Positions 29,701 to 41,290 of a stretch of DNA of 64,000 nt are shown piece after piece. The DNA is taken from the NCBI RefSeq assembly GCF_002113885.1, contig NW_018407282.1:1-64000 (forward strand), given 5' to 3'. The stretch comes from Mizuhopecten yessoensis (lineage: Eukaryota). The translations under genes and the position numbers were made by a program. The notes beneath the pieces were generated by a model. It had not been told where the DNA came from, ran no database searches, and worked only from the letters and a program-made list of their open reading frames with translations. The first letter of the stretch is position 1, and every line of letters begins with the position of its first letter.

Positions 29701-30219
29701 TTCCATCAAAACAAGTATATTCTGTTTATGTTATCAAGACATTGGCCATCGTGAACAGATAGTTCATCTCCCATCAAACCAAGAAAAGCAAAATAATGCT
29801 CTAATGCGACGACACAGTGAGAAAACGTCAGGGATATCGTGACGTCACAACTGACAATACCCTTAGTCTTTTCGTACACTTCATTCTGCATTTTGTTTGT
29901 GCATTCTATTGTTAACATAGCACATATGTGTTGTTTGTCACAATAGACGATATCAACATTGTTTCCACCAAACCCACATACATTTCACTGGTAAAAATGT
30001 TACAGAAAAAATATAAATTCGTAGAATCCATTGCTTTGCACTAATTCATTAGAAGTACTGTCTATATAAACATTAACTTTACAAAACCATATACAATTCA
30101 AAACGTCAAACCTACCTTTTGTCATATAGGTTTTCCTTTGCCTTTGGTCTGAAAGCCATGACCCCATCAAATTGAGCGCTAGAGGGCCGCACCTTGCTTT
30201 TCTTCCCTGTTCTCGGCAT
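14714..30219 (-). CDS. Ankyrin-repeat TRP cation channel (TRPV-like / TRPVL-type), 830 aa, 21 coding exons
   Basis: Exons (minus): 30116-30219, 28454-28539, 27034-27106, 26277-26487, 25819-25969, 24915-25079, 23794-23909, 23388-23469, 23163-23194, 22831-22922, 21617-21749, 21097-21174, 20405-20538, 19566-19741, 18857-18940, 17791-17954, 17167-17282, 16741-16948, 15939-16092, 15633-15672, 14714-14807. Total 2493 nt, open, all GT-AG. Ankyrin motifs GETVLHKAA, GRTPLHVAA, QQTALFYAA; S3 YFKDFWNVFDW; S4-S5 WLRLAKCARSFKQLGPLIVILG; pore LFRITLVDDYDY; S6 LNLFIALLTDSFQRVYDNA. The three N-terminal exons are supported by phase and splice signals only. Confidence 0.9.
16352..16703 (-). mobile_element. tRNA-derived CORE-type SINE, near full length, in a TRP intron
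   Basis: GGCACAGTAGTCTAGTGGTAGGACG..GGATTCGAGTC head, CORE domain, AAGCGGTATATAAG..(ATT)n tail. Confidence 0.8.
18349..18678. mobile_element. Fold-back element with ~53-bp inverted ends containing a decayed hammerhead-like core (Penelope-related)
   Basis: ACAACCAGTAAGTGT..GACGTTTCG..ACTAG..ACGTACC is inverted at both ends. CTGATGAAG...CGAAACGTC lies at 18608-18653. Confidence 0.6.
20175..20370 (-). mobile_element. 3' half of a SINE (second family)
   Basis: Minus strand reads GAAAGAGGCAATTACTCAAATATACACTGCCTCC..AC-rich..TCCTAATATGACATTAGCTGTTAAAAGGACATTAAAC followed by an (AAAC)n-like tail. Homologous to both flanks of the 25-bp satellite. Confidence 0.65.
24127..24278. mobile_element. Small Tc1/mariner-type MITE
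   Basis: TA|CAGTGAAATCCCTAATTTTCG ... CGAAAACATCTGAATTCACAG|TA, imperfect TIRs with TA flanks. Confidence 0.45.
28975..29779. repeat. 67-bp tandem repeat, 12 copies
   Basis: Unit CAAGTATRTTCTGTTWATGTTATCAAGACATGGCCATCGTSAACAGATAGTTCATCTMCCATCAAAA. Confidence 0.97.
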
Positions 30220-30569
30220 CCCTAATACTGAAAGGAGCAAAACGACAACATTCTTAAATTAAACACTGGAAATACTTACACAATGACAGTAAATCTCCAT
30301 ATTGTTAGGGACCCATGTCTGTCCTCTTCAACCCGGCTTGTGGGGATTTAGAAAAGAGTATACCTGTTGTTACTCAAATTGTGTATGAACCCCCTACGGT
30401 CATCAGATTGGCTTCAGTGACCTTTAGTGACCTTTACTTCTGAACGTAAAAGCGACCAAAAAAATAATTGCTGCAGCAATTGCTACATTTGTAATATTTC
30501 TATTTCTTCTCTTGTCTATCTACTTTTTCGTTTTCTAGCACCTCTGTTGACAATACCTCGCTTTTCACT

Positions 30570-33500
30570 TTGGTGTTGAGCGTTACCCAAGCGATATAAG
30601 TTATAGGTTGTTTCCAGACCACAGCAAACAGAATTCCTTAAAACTGATACTTGCTGTTCTCTGATTGACTCTCAGATCCAATTGAATACGAAGAGGTTAG
30701 TACGGGCTTAACCATTAGAATTATATCGTGACCAGGTCAACACTGTGCTGGCTGCCTTCAGGAAGGAGGCTGATTCACCAATATACCGCCTCCAACGCGC
30801 ACGAATACATTACACACATCGCAGCACGAATACATTACACGCATAGAAGCACGAATACATTACACGCATAGAAGCACGAATACATTACACACATAGAAAC
30901 ACGAATACATTNNNNNNNNNNNNNNNNNNNNNNNNNNNNNNNNNNNNNNNNNNNNNNNNNNNNNNNNNNNNNNNNNNNNNNNNNNNNNNNNNNNNNNNNN
31001 NNNNNNNNNNNNNNNNNNNNNNNNNNNNNNNNNNNNNNNNNNNNNNNNNNNNNNNNNNNNNNNNNNNNNNNNNNNNNNNNNNNNNNNNNNNNNNNNNNNN
31101 NNNNNNNNNNNNNNNNNNNNNNNNNNNNNNNNNNNNNNNNNNNNNNNNNNNNNNNNNNNNNNNNNNNNNNNNNNNNNNNNNNNNNNNNNNNNNNNNNNNN
31201 NNNNNNNNNNNNNNNNNNNNNNNNNNNNNNNNNNNNNNNNNNNNCAGAAACACGAATGCATTACACACATCGCAGCACGAATACATTACACATATAGAAG
31301 TACGAATACATTACACACATAGAAACACGAATGCATTACACACATAAATACATTACACATATAGAAGAACGAATACATTACACACATAGAAGTACAAATA
31401 CATTACACACATAGAAACACAAATACATTACACACATAGAAGTACGAATACATTACACACATCGCAGCACTAATACATTACACATATAGAAGAACGAATA
31501 CATTACACACACAGAAACACGAATTCATTACACACATCGCAGCACGAATGTATTACACACATAGAAACACTAATGCATTACACACATACAAGCACGAATG
31601 CATTACACACATACAAGCACGAATGCATTACACACATAAATACATTACACATATAGAAGAACGAATACATTACACACATAGAAGTACAAATACATTACAC
31701 ACATAGATTACACACATAGAAGCACGAATATATTACACACACAGAAACACGAATACATTACAAACATCGCAGCACGAATACATTTCACACATAGAAGCAC
31801 GAATGCATTACACACATAAATACATTACACATATAGAAGAACGAATACATTACACACACAGAAACACGAATGCATTACACACATAGCAGCACGAATACAT
31901 TACACACATAGAAACACGAATGCATTACACACATCGCAGCACGAATACATTACACACATAGAAGTACGAATACATTACACACATAGAAACACGAATACAT
32001 TACACACATAGAATCACGAATACATTACACACATAGAAACACGAATACAATACACACATAGAAACACGAATACATTACACACATATAAGCACGAATACAT
32101 TACACACATAAAAACACGAATACATTACACACATAGAAGCACGAATACAATACACACATAGAAACACGAATACATTACACACATAAAAACACGAATACAT
32201 TACACACATAGAAGCACGAATGCATTACACCCATAGAAACACGAATACATTACACACATAGAAGCACGAATGCATTACACCCATAGAAACACGAATACAT
32301 TACACACATAGAAGCACGAATGCATTACACCCATAGAAACACGAATACATTACACACATAGAAGCACGAATGCATTACACCCATAGAAACACGAATACAT
32401 TACACACATAGAAGGACGAATACATTACACACATAGAAACACGAATACATTACACACATAGAAGGACGAATACATTACACACATAGAAACACGAATACAT
32501 TACACACATAGAAACCCGAATACATTACACACAAAGAAGCACGAATACATTACACACATAGAAGCACGAATACAATACACACATAGAAACACGAATACAT
32601 TACACACACAGAAACACGAATACATTACACACATAGAAACACGAATGCATTACACACATCGCAGCACGAATACATTACACACATAGAAGAACGAATACAT
32701 TACACACATAGAAACACGAATACATTACACACATAGAAGCACGAATGCATTACACCCATAGAAACACGAATACATTACACACATAGAAGGACTAATACAT
32801 TACACACATAGAAACACGAATACATTACACACATAAAAACACGAATACATTACACACATAGAAGCACGAATACATTACCCACATAGAAGCACGAATACAT
32901 TACACACATAGAAGCACGAATACAATACACACATAGAAACACGAATACATTACACACATATAAGCACGAATACATTACACACATAAAAACACGAATACAT
33001 TACACACATAGAAGCACGAATACATTACACACATAGAAACACGAATGCATTACACACATAGAAACACGAAGACATTACACACATAGAAACACGAATACAT
33101 TACACACATCGCAGCACGAATACATTACACACATAGAAACACGAATACAATACACACATAGAAACACGAATACATTACACACATATAAGCACGAATACAT
33201 TACACACATAAAAACACGAATACATTACACACATAGAAGCACGAATACATTACCCACATAGAAGCACGAATACATTACACACATAGAAGCACGAATACAA
33301 TACACACATAGAAACACGAATACATTACACACATAGAAGCACGAATGCATTACACCCATAGAAACACGAATACATTACACACATAGAAGCACGAATACAA
33401 TACACACATAGAAACACGAATACATTACACACACAGAAACACGAATACATTACACACATAGAAACACGAATGCATTACACACATCGCAGCACGAATACAT

Positions 33501-34190
33501 TACACACATAGAAGAACGAATACATTACACACATAGAAACACGAATACATTACACACATAAAAACACGAATACATTACACACATAGAAGCACGAATGCAT
33601 TACACCCATAGAAACACGAATACATTACACACATAGAAACCCGAATACATTACACACAAAGAAGCACGAATACATTACACACATAGAAGCACGAATACAT
33701 CACACACATAGAAACACGAATGCATTACACACATAGAAACACGAAGACATTACACAAATAGAAACACGAAGACATTACACACATAGAAACACGAATACAT
33801 TACACACATAGAATCACGAATACATTACACACATAGAAACACGAATACAATACACACATAGAAACACGAATACATTACACACATCGCAGCACGAATACAT
33901 TACACACATAGAAGCACGAATACATTACCCACATAGAAGCACGAATACATTACACACATAGAAACACGAATGCATTACACACATAGAAACACGAAGACAT
34001 TACACAAATAGAAACACGAAGACATTACACACATAGAAACACGAAGACATTACACACATAGAAACACGAATACATTACACACATAAAAACACGAATACAT
34101 TACACACATAGAAGCACGAATACATTACACACATAGAAGCTCCTCCTGAATTATCTTAGCTGATAATAGGCCGCAAAACCCCAAAAAAAA
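30570..34190 (+). mobile_element. Decayed SINE split by an internal 25-bp satellite
   Basis: The left flank GAAGGAGGCTGATTCACCAATATACCGCCTCC and right flank TCCTGAATTATCTTAGCTGATAATAGGCCGCAAAAC match consecutive parts of the 20175-20370 SINE. Confidence 0.55.
30798..34140. repeat. 25-bp tandem satellite (CACGAATACATTACACACATAGAAR), >100 copies, contains an N-gap
   Basis: Directly visible 25-bp periodicity; gap at 30912-31244. Confidence 0.98.
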
Positions 34191-34670
34191 CATTTGCGTC
34201 AACTGTCATATAATATTTTTGAAATGTTTGTAACAAATAAAATCTTCGTCAATTGTTATATTCCCATGTGTCTTATTGTATATTCTTTTTTCGTGGATTA
34301 GTATTAGAATATATCATTGGTGTCCCATGTTGTTTGCCGTTATACTTTTCTATATTTCATAATTGCGAGCGAAATAGAGCGAGTAGAAAACACAGTAATA
34401 CCGTGCTGATTGTTCAACATTAATTGATATAGTTCATTCATTGTAACTCGCTAGAGGCTTGCTAAACATATAAGTGCTTAGACACGTTTCATAAATCGCT
34501 GCAGAAATGCAAACTCATGTTAGATTCGTTGATCTGAATGGGGTGGCTAAGTCTCATATAAAGCTTTAATACTCCTATAAATAATAGCTTTTCAGTAGAT
34601 CGTTTTCACTATCGTATTGTATTTACATGAATAAATACATACGTACGTTAGAAATAACATAACATCTTAC

Positions 34671-34778
34671 CTTCATTATCTGTACAACACAGCCAGACGG
34701 TTACATAGATACTGGGTTACCCGAGACATGCTTGTTTCTATTGTCTTAAACATAATACCGTTGCATACTTATATATAC
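34671..34778 (-). promoter_or_regulatory. Putative non-coding first exon and TATA box of the TRP gene
   Basis: Strong donor AAG|GTAAGA at 34671 and TATATATAAG on the minus strand at ~34769-34778. The first coding exon has an acceptor (30227) upstream of its ATG, which requires an upstream exon. Confidence 0.4.
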
Positions 34779-35777
34779 ACGTCATTTAATTAAAATCGTT
34801 GGAGTGGAGCAACAATTCATTGCTTGGTTTGTTCACCCGGAGCATTTCAAAATAGGTCTGTGTCCACATATGTTTAAGCTATAAACAATGTATTCTATAT
34901 TTAATTTAGCATTAACAGAACTGAGATTAAAAACACCTGATTGTACACGTGTGATCCCTGTTGGAACATCTATTGTATTACAGGAATTGTGTGTGGCATT
35001 CCGAACGTAAGATAGCAATCGGTCCGTTACGTAAAGGATTAGCTATTGGCTGTGTGCGATGTCAGCTAAAATGTTCAATTCTTTATTCTTACAGATTCTA
35101 ATACAACATTGAGATCGTATACATGTTCAGTAAGCTAACCAATTCACTGAAATGTTTTATAACACTATACAGATAGCCATACATTTTATAGGTTTGTCTG
35201 GGGACATATAATACCCTTGCTGTTATCAGATTAAAAACGTATGGTCAAGGCCCAGTTATCCAAAGACTACTCTGTTTTACGAGTCGTTCATGCGGATTTT
35301 CGATAAAGATCTTTCTTTTTTCCTTGTGGTTTAACGAATATCTAGATGTGTATACTAAAGTAAAGAACAATAGGGGAACCATTAAAAAGAGGCAATCCTT
35401 TATATTACAGTTTCACCAGTGAAAGTATCAGATTTTACATTGAAAGTTGACATTTTTCTCCTGTAAAAAATAGCAGTTCTCGCTGTTTTCACACTAAACG
35501 ATGAGTGTACTAATGTGTATGCATCGAATTTATTGTTTGAATTGGTCAACACAGAATTTATCATGGGAGGGGGGGGGAGTCATTCAGAGTATGTATAAAT
35601 GATCTCTCTGATGATTTTTTAATGGTTTCTGATGAGTTATTTATGAACCGAAACATGTATATGTCCGATGACTAAATTTATAATTTATTCTGCTATTTCT
35701 TAATACGTGTCGTCCGAATATTAAAGCTAATAAAATATCCCTACTTCTACGAGACCAACATTTCATACACCCAGTAA

Positions 35778-36083
35778 GTAGCCTGAGGCTCGGGTAGGCA
35801 CGTGTCTACGCAAAATTATGTCAAGTTTTTTTAGTCAGTGTTAATTCAAGAAATTAAAAAAAAAATGAATATATTTTGTAAAGATCTAGTACAAAATACG
35901 GAAGGTTTATTTTAGATCTGTTTTCCACGGTCAAAAACGATATTTTCAAGCTTACATTAAACAATGGTAATACCACAACGATAAACAAGTTTGTGGTCCA
36001 GAAAATTCGAAATATCAAAAGTTCAGAGACCCATTCAGAGGATCCCCCTTCGCAGTGAAACTGTCCCGTTTTCCGAGGCTACT
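35778..36083. mobile_element. Possible MITE with short AGTAGCCT termini
   Basis: AGTAGCCTGAGG at 35778 and CCGAGGCTACT ending at 36083. Confidence 0.3.
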
Positions 36084-36139
36084 CAAACTAGCCCGTCATT
36101 CTTTAATTCCCATGTCCCACCCTACCCTCATTTGGCACG

Positions 36140-36322
36140 CATAGGATATCAGTCGGAGGTAGGCTAGAAGATCATTACAAGGTGACCATTCACCATGCGC
36201 GATCGGACAACAGCCTCCTGTGCAAGCATCCTACCATGTTAATACTTAGTGTCTAAATCACATGTTGTAATAGGGATTATTTAAGGAATCGAACCCCGGC
36301 CACCTTGGTGAAAGGCAACGTA
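36140..36322 (-). mobile_element. Decayed tRNA-headed SINE fragment
   Basis: Minus strand CGTTGCCTTTCACCAAGGTGGCCGGGGTTCGATTCC (anticodon arm and B box) followed by a non-tRNA body. Confidence 0.5.
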
Positions 36323-36764
36323 TTATGTTATTTTACTTGCAGCTATAAGTTTTTATACTAGACCCTGATGACAAAACGAAATTAGTCGCGTGAAACCCAA
36401 AAGGAAAACAAAACAAAAAATCTGTATTTCCTGACATCGAAGTGCAAAGCACACTCACCAATCTGCATGATAGGCATGTATGTTTTTTGTGCGCCAATAA
36501 AACATCTAATATTTCAATATTTGTCTGCAACCACTTTAACATTGTCTATTAGACAAAATAGAACTAAACATGCTTGTTATCCAATGTTACCCAATTTAAA
36601 TACACTGTACTTTAAGTTTTTCGAAAGATTAGTTTAATATGTGTCAATGAAATGATTGTATTTTTGTTATTTTATCACATTAATTTATTTCAGACTGGCT
36701 AGCAGCCCTGATGTTTTTTTATGAATGATTTACCTCTAGCATATCCCCCCTAGTTTAGAACTTA

Positions 36765-37297
36765 TTTGATTAACTTCATTAATATTTCATGAGTGGGTGA
36801 ATATTTAAATATTTTAATGAGTGTTATTTATCAGGAAAACAAATATATTCTGTTTATGTTTTCAAGACATGGCCATCGTTAACAGATAGTTCATCTCCCA
36901 TCAAAACAAGTATATTCGGTTTATGTTATCAAGACATGGCCATCGTGAACAGATAGTTCATCTCCCATCAAAACAAGTAAAGAAGAATAATGCTCTAATG
37001 CGACGCCATCGTGAGACAATGTCAGGGATATCATGACGTCACAACAGACAATACCCTTAGTCTTTTTGCACACTTCATTCTGCATTTTGTTTGTGCATTC
37101 TATTGTTAATATAACACAGATGTGTTGTTTGTCACAATAGACGATACCAATATTTCTCCCACCAAACCCACATACATGTCACTGGTAAAAATGTTACAGA
37201 AATAATATAAATTCGTAGAATCCATTGCATTAATGCTTAAGAACTGTCTATAAAATATTAACTTTACAAAACCATATACAATTTAAAACGTCAAACC
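36765..37297 (+). repeat. Direct duplicate of 28910-30112 carrying only ~2 copies of the 67-bp unit
   Basis: Shared flanks TTCATTAATATTTCATGAGTGGGTGAATATTTAAAT ... AAAACCATATACAATT.AAAACGTCAAACC. Confidence 0.92.
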
Positions 37298-37646
37298 AAA
37301 GAATCAGACATTCAAGTGATCAAAATAATAAAAGTTATATTTTTTCTCATAATTCATCAATATTCTAGAGACGGGGGCCTGTCTAATTTCTTCCGTACAC
37401 GTATATAATTTCTACATCACTACTCTTTCATTATGCATGTGTAACTCTTTAATTATGAAGGAATAAAAATATAAATGAATGCATTGTCTGTGTGCAAAAT
37501 AAGAACTAAGCATGCAGATAACCAGGGTAACCCTATCATATACTTTCCAATTTTTCGAAAGACTAAATGCTAGCTTATCACACGTCTGTATTAAAATCTT
37601 TCTGAATATTCTTAACGATAAAGTTACGGACCTGCCTCCTTTTTAT

Positions 37647-37981
37647 CGTCCTTGATACTCAGCAGTTACGCTCACTTTCGCTCTCTGCACCCCTGTAATA
37701 TGTCATAGCAAAATTGAAGGCTCGGTGTGCGCCACCTTGGTGATGAGACAAGAAGATTAGTTCGATCCTTTGATGTACATCAAAAGAATCTCGCGGTCAC
37801 GTAACGGTAAAAATTGAAAGGCTTTGAAGTCGGACGTCTCGACATGTATTAGCCTAGCGATTGGTCAGTTGTTTTTACCTGAGACCAATCAAACAGCTAT
37901 CTTCGTGCCTTCAATTTTGCTATGACATATTCCAGGTATGTAGAGAGCAAACGTGAGCGTAACCCCTGTATATCGAGGATG
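37647..37981. mobile_element. ~335-bp MITE with long TIRs, same family as the 54421 element
   Basis: GTTACGCTCACTTTCGCTCTCT..ATATGTCATAGCAAAATTGAAGGC is inverted relative to GCCTTCAATTTTGCTATGACATAT..AGAGAGCAAACGTGAGCGTAAC. Flanks CCTTTTTAT / CATTTGTAT match at 7/9 (decayed TSD). Confidence 0.8.
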
Positions 37982-38335
37982 CATTTGTATTGAATTCCGA
38001 AATGTGAATTCTATCAAACGCTTCGACTTATCGACTCTTGACACTACAATTCCTCATACTATACAGAAGCAACGGCTTCGTTCTCCAATTATGCGACCTT
38101 TCTTTTCAAAAAGAAGGGCGAACAGCGGTATACATATATGGTTGTGGTTGTAAATTGTGTTGGAGCATATCTTGTGAAAAACACAACTAAGGCTGAAATA
38201 AACATACAGAGGATTGAATTGTGAGAATGATTGAGGTCCAGCTGGTCGACAATATCTTTGTCAAGTTCGGTGACAAGACTTTTCTTCAGTGTGCAGACTG
38301 TAGGCTTTCCAACTATGTGTGCCCTTACTGCTAGT
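37982..38335 (+). pseudogene. Decayed Penelope-like element reverse transcriptase fragment
   Basis: Frameshifted translation NSIKRFDLSTLDTTIPH..RL..FFSK / IVRMIE..LVDNIFVKFGDKTFLQ..VG.P...PLL matches the PLE RT pattern FDFSTLYTTIPH..FLIDNIFV.FG..FQQ.VGIPMG. Confidence 0.7.
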
Positions 38336-38651
38336 GCTTGATTGGAGGGGGGTGGGGTGGGGGTGAGGGGGGTTCAACTGGAAAGTCGGGAAAATCAAGG
38401 AGGGAAGGGGATTAGATGAACAGATACGAAGGGGGCCACCAGCTGAGTCATCTTTATGACCCCATTTAACATCCACTAAGGGGCGGTAAGGGTTAACATG
38501 TTACCCGTCACCCTGACTGCCTGCAGTATAAGAGTGCAATTGGGCGAACTGTCTCTATGATGTTTGACAGCTGACTTTATTAATTCGGCACCCTGTGGTT
38601 CAGTTAGTTGTTTTCAGCGGTTTAGAGTGGAGACATCGGTCACTTACACAC

Positions 38652-38693
38652 TTTGCTTGACGAATGAAGCAAACGTTTTCGAAAGCTTGCAAA
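38652..38693 (+). ncRNA. Minimal type-I hammerhead-ribozyme-like motif (Penelope pLTR type)
   Basis: TTTGC-TTGACGA-(ATGAAGCAAACGTTTTC)-GAA-AGCT-T-GCAAA: 5-bp stem I, variant core, weak stem II, palindromic stem III; ~320 bp downstream of the PLE RT relic on the same strand. Confidence 0.45.
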
Positions 38694-41290
38694 ACAAGTT
38701 TTCAATTAATGTTTGTGTTAAAAACAAGCTTAGCCTTTAATTTCTCTTCACTATTAACAACAATGAACACAACAAAAATAATATAAACATCTAATCATAA
38801 AACAGATAACAAAGCGAACAAAGAATGGGGCTTACAACAAGAATTTAACGCAAAATACTCTTTGAAATCTATTACCCCATTGATAGGCAAAACGTGATGC
38901 AAGCCACTACATTTTCTGTCAAATTACGATATCTTGAAAAAATTCTTTGGAATTCTTCCCTAAAACCTTACGACATAGCTACGTTTAATATCCAGCCTGA
39001 ATTAACTCAACATCCTTTTAACTTCAAATGTATTTTCAGCATTTATGAATTACAAAACAATGCTTTTATACACGAAACAAGACCCAACAGTGACCAAGTA
39101 ATCCATGTGGTTGTGATTTAATAACTTTACGGAACACTACAGAACACTGCGGCCATTTTCTTGCAAACTGTTTTTTTTTAAATAACAGGTTAAAAATGGT
39201 TCAAATTATGATATCAGCTTAATTTTCTTGTTTGCATTCAAATGTTTCTAGCAGTCATCTGTTAGCAATTATGAGAAGTCAGTGGACAATGGTCCTAACA
39301 CAGCTAAGTACCAGCCTCATCTGTCAATACACCAAAAACCGAGGCTACATTTATACTAATTTACACATGTCGCAATATCCCACTTTTTCTATCCTTGACC
39401 TCTGTTCACCAACCCGTCTCTTGCATTTTTTTTCACACTGTGTTGACACGAACAACTACATTTATAGATTTTCTCATTACATTTTATTAATATATTTTTT
39501 TTAATTCATTTGACCTCACGTATTCAAGATGAATTTTGTATACAGCAGCACATTTCTAAAGTGATAACTGGTTTTTTTTGTTTATATATTTTACGTTGTA
39601 GTATTATTTCATAGTGACTGTTTATAAGCCTATATGTTATGTGTAAGTGTTCATGTTTCTGTCTTGAAAAAGAGGCGGATTGTCCTGATTTTTTTTCAAA
39701 TTCCTTCGTCTAAACTGTCGTTATTACTTCTTAGCCCATATAAATCATTACGTTGATATACTGTTGTAAAGAAACTCGGCATAATTAAACGTGTCGAACG
39801 CTATCTAAAAAACTTTCTGAAACCGACGTTAGGGGGCCAAATATAACCTTGACTGCAGACGTCCTCCTCCCGGATATTTTAGAAATATCTGTAAATAGCG
39901 ACAGACTTACCTTTTGACCTTGCCATACATAAAATTCTACAGCTTACATGTAGGTCTGATTAGAATTGATTAGAAAACAATTCGTTGCATTTGGTATTAT
40001 ACTGGTTAGATAGAAAATGGTGTTTACAATAATTTAGTTATTTAGTTATTTGTGTCATCAACCTTTGTCTCAGTAATTTATGCTAACAGATTTTATGTTA
40101 CAAGAATTCTTATGCTTCAGTGTAAAATGTGTAAGTCTGGTGCCAGGGCCAGAGGAAAGTAACCCTGATTTAATTGTTACATGGCGAGCCAGTATAGATT
40201 AAAATGTTGGCAAAATTTGAAGGGTGTCTCTTCATTTCATTATCCGTCTTTGCCTCTGCATAAACGTGCACATGTCTGATGAGGATGTCATAGTCACGTG
40301 GTATCTTCTTGTTACTTATAGTAATCGAATCAGTGAACAGTACACGGCACTACCTTGGACAACGTTGGACATGCCAAAGTCACGCTATTTTATCGATGCC
40401 GTACGCGTACGTTAGTCATACAATTGTATTTATTTCAAAACTACCTTTTATAAAATGTATATGCGTGATTAATTCACATGCATACTCTACATTTAAACGT
40501 ATGTAGAATATATGCATGCATGAATCGACTTACTTTGATAGCAATCCATGTCCGTGATGAAATTTACATAATTTGATGAACATTGGAAAAATCAGCCACA
40601 AAAGTATTGTTTCGAAGAAAAAAATCAAGCTGTGCACTTTAATATCATATAGACTAATTTAAGTATACTACAAGCTGACTATCAAAGGATTGTTAACCCT
40701 GTATATTGTCAGAATAAATCTGTGTATCTAGTACTGCATACAAGCACGGAATCAGATATTGTTTCAAGTCCGTGATTTAACGTTAACGTATTATCCATTT
40801 CATATGTATTTAACACGAAAATAGTTCGTGTAATAGGCCTATAAATGAAATTGTATGCACGTAATGTTCATGTTTAATACCCTTCTAAAAGTTAACGCAC
40901 CATAACCTAACAGAAGCGTGTCCTATCACACGCCAGTCGAAGGGAAGGGAGCTAATCATTATACTGCTAAGGTGGGAAGCCGACAGCTGGGACATATCAT
41001 TTCGTGGGCAGACCTACTTAATTAGTTCTAGGATAAGGTAAAAAAATTGCAGCCTGGTGTAAGGTGGGGGTTTTTTTGTCATTTAAACACCATATTATTT
41101 TTAATATAGAATGGTTGCTTTTAAGACTCGCTGCTACTCTTTCAGTGAAAAAATATTATCTTTCTGGTGAATGAGGAAGTTGATTTTATTGTTCCAGCCA
41201 CAAAAAAGGAAGCGCGTTAGTGTGTTTACCTCCCACGTGTTCCCTAGCTAGGCCTGCTGTATTCTACTGCCCTACTGTAGCATCGCAGGA

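Noticed and set aside
28975-34140. CRISPR-like appearance of the regular repeats
   Set aside because: The units are contiguous with no unique spacers, the context is eukaryotic, and there are no cas genes.
39150-39700. Possible Penelope GIY-YIG 3' end and pLTR (GTCTTGAAAAAG motif)
   Set aside because: Too degenerate to support by eye.
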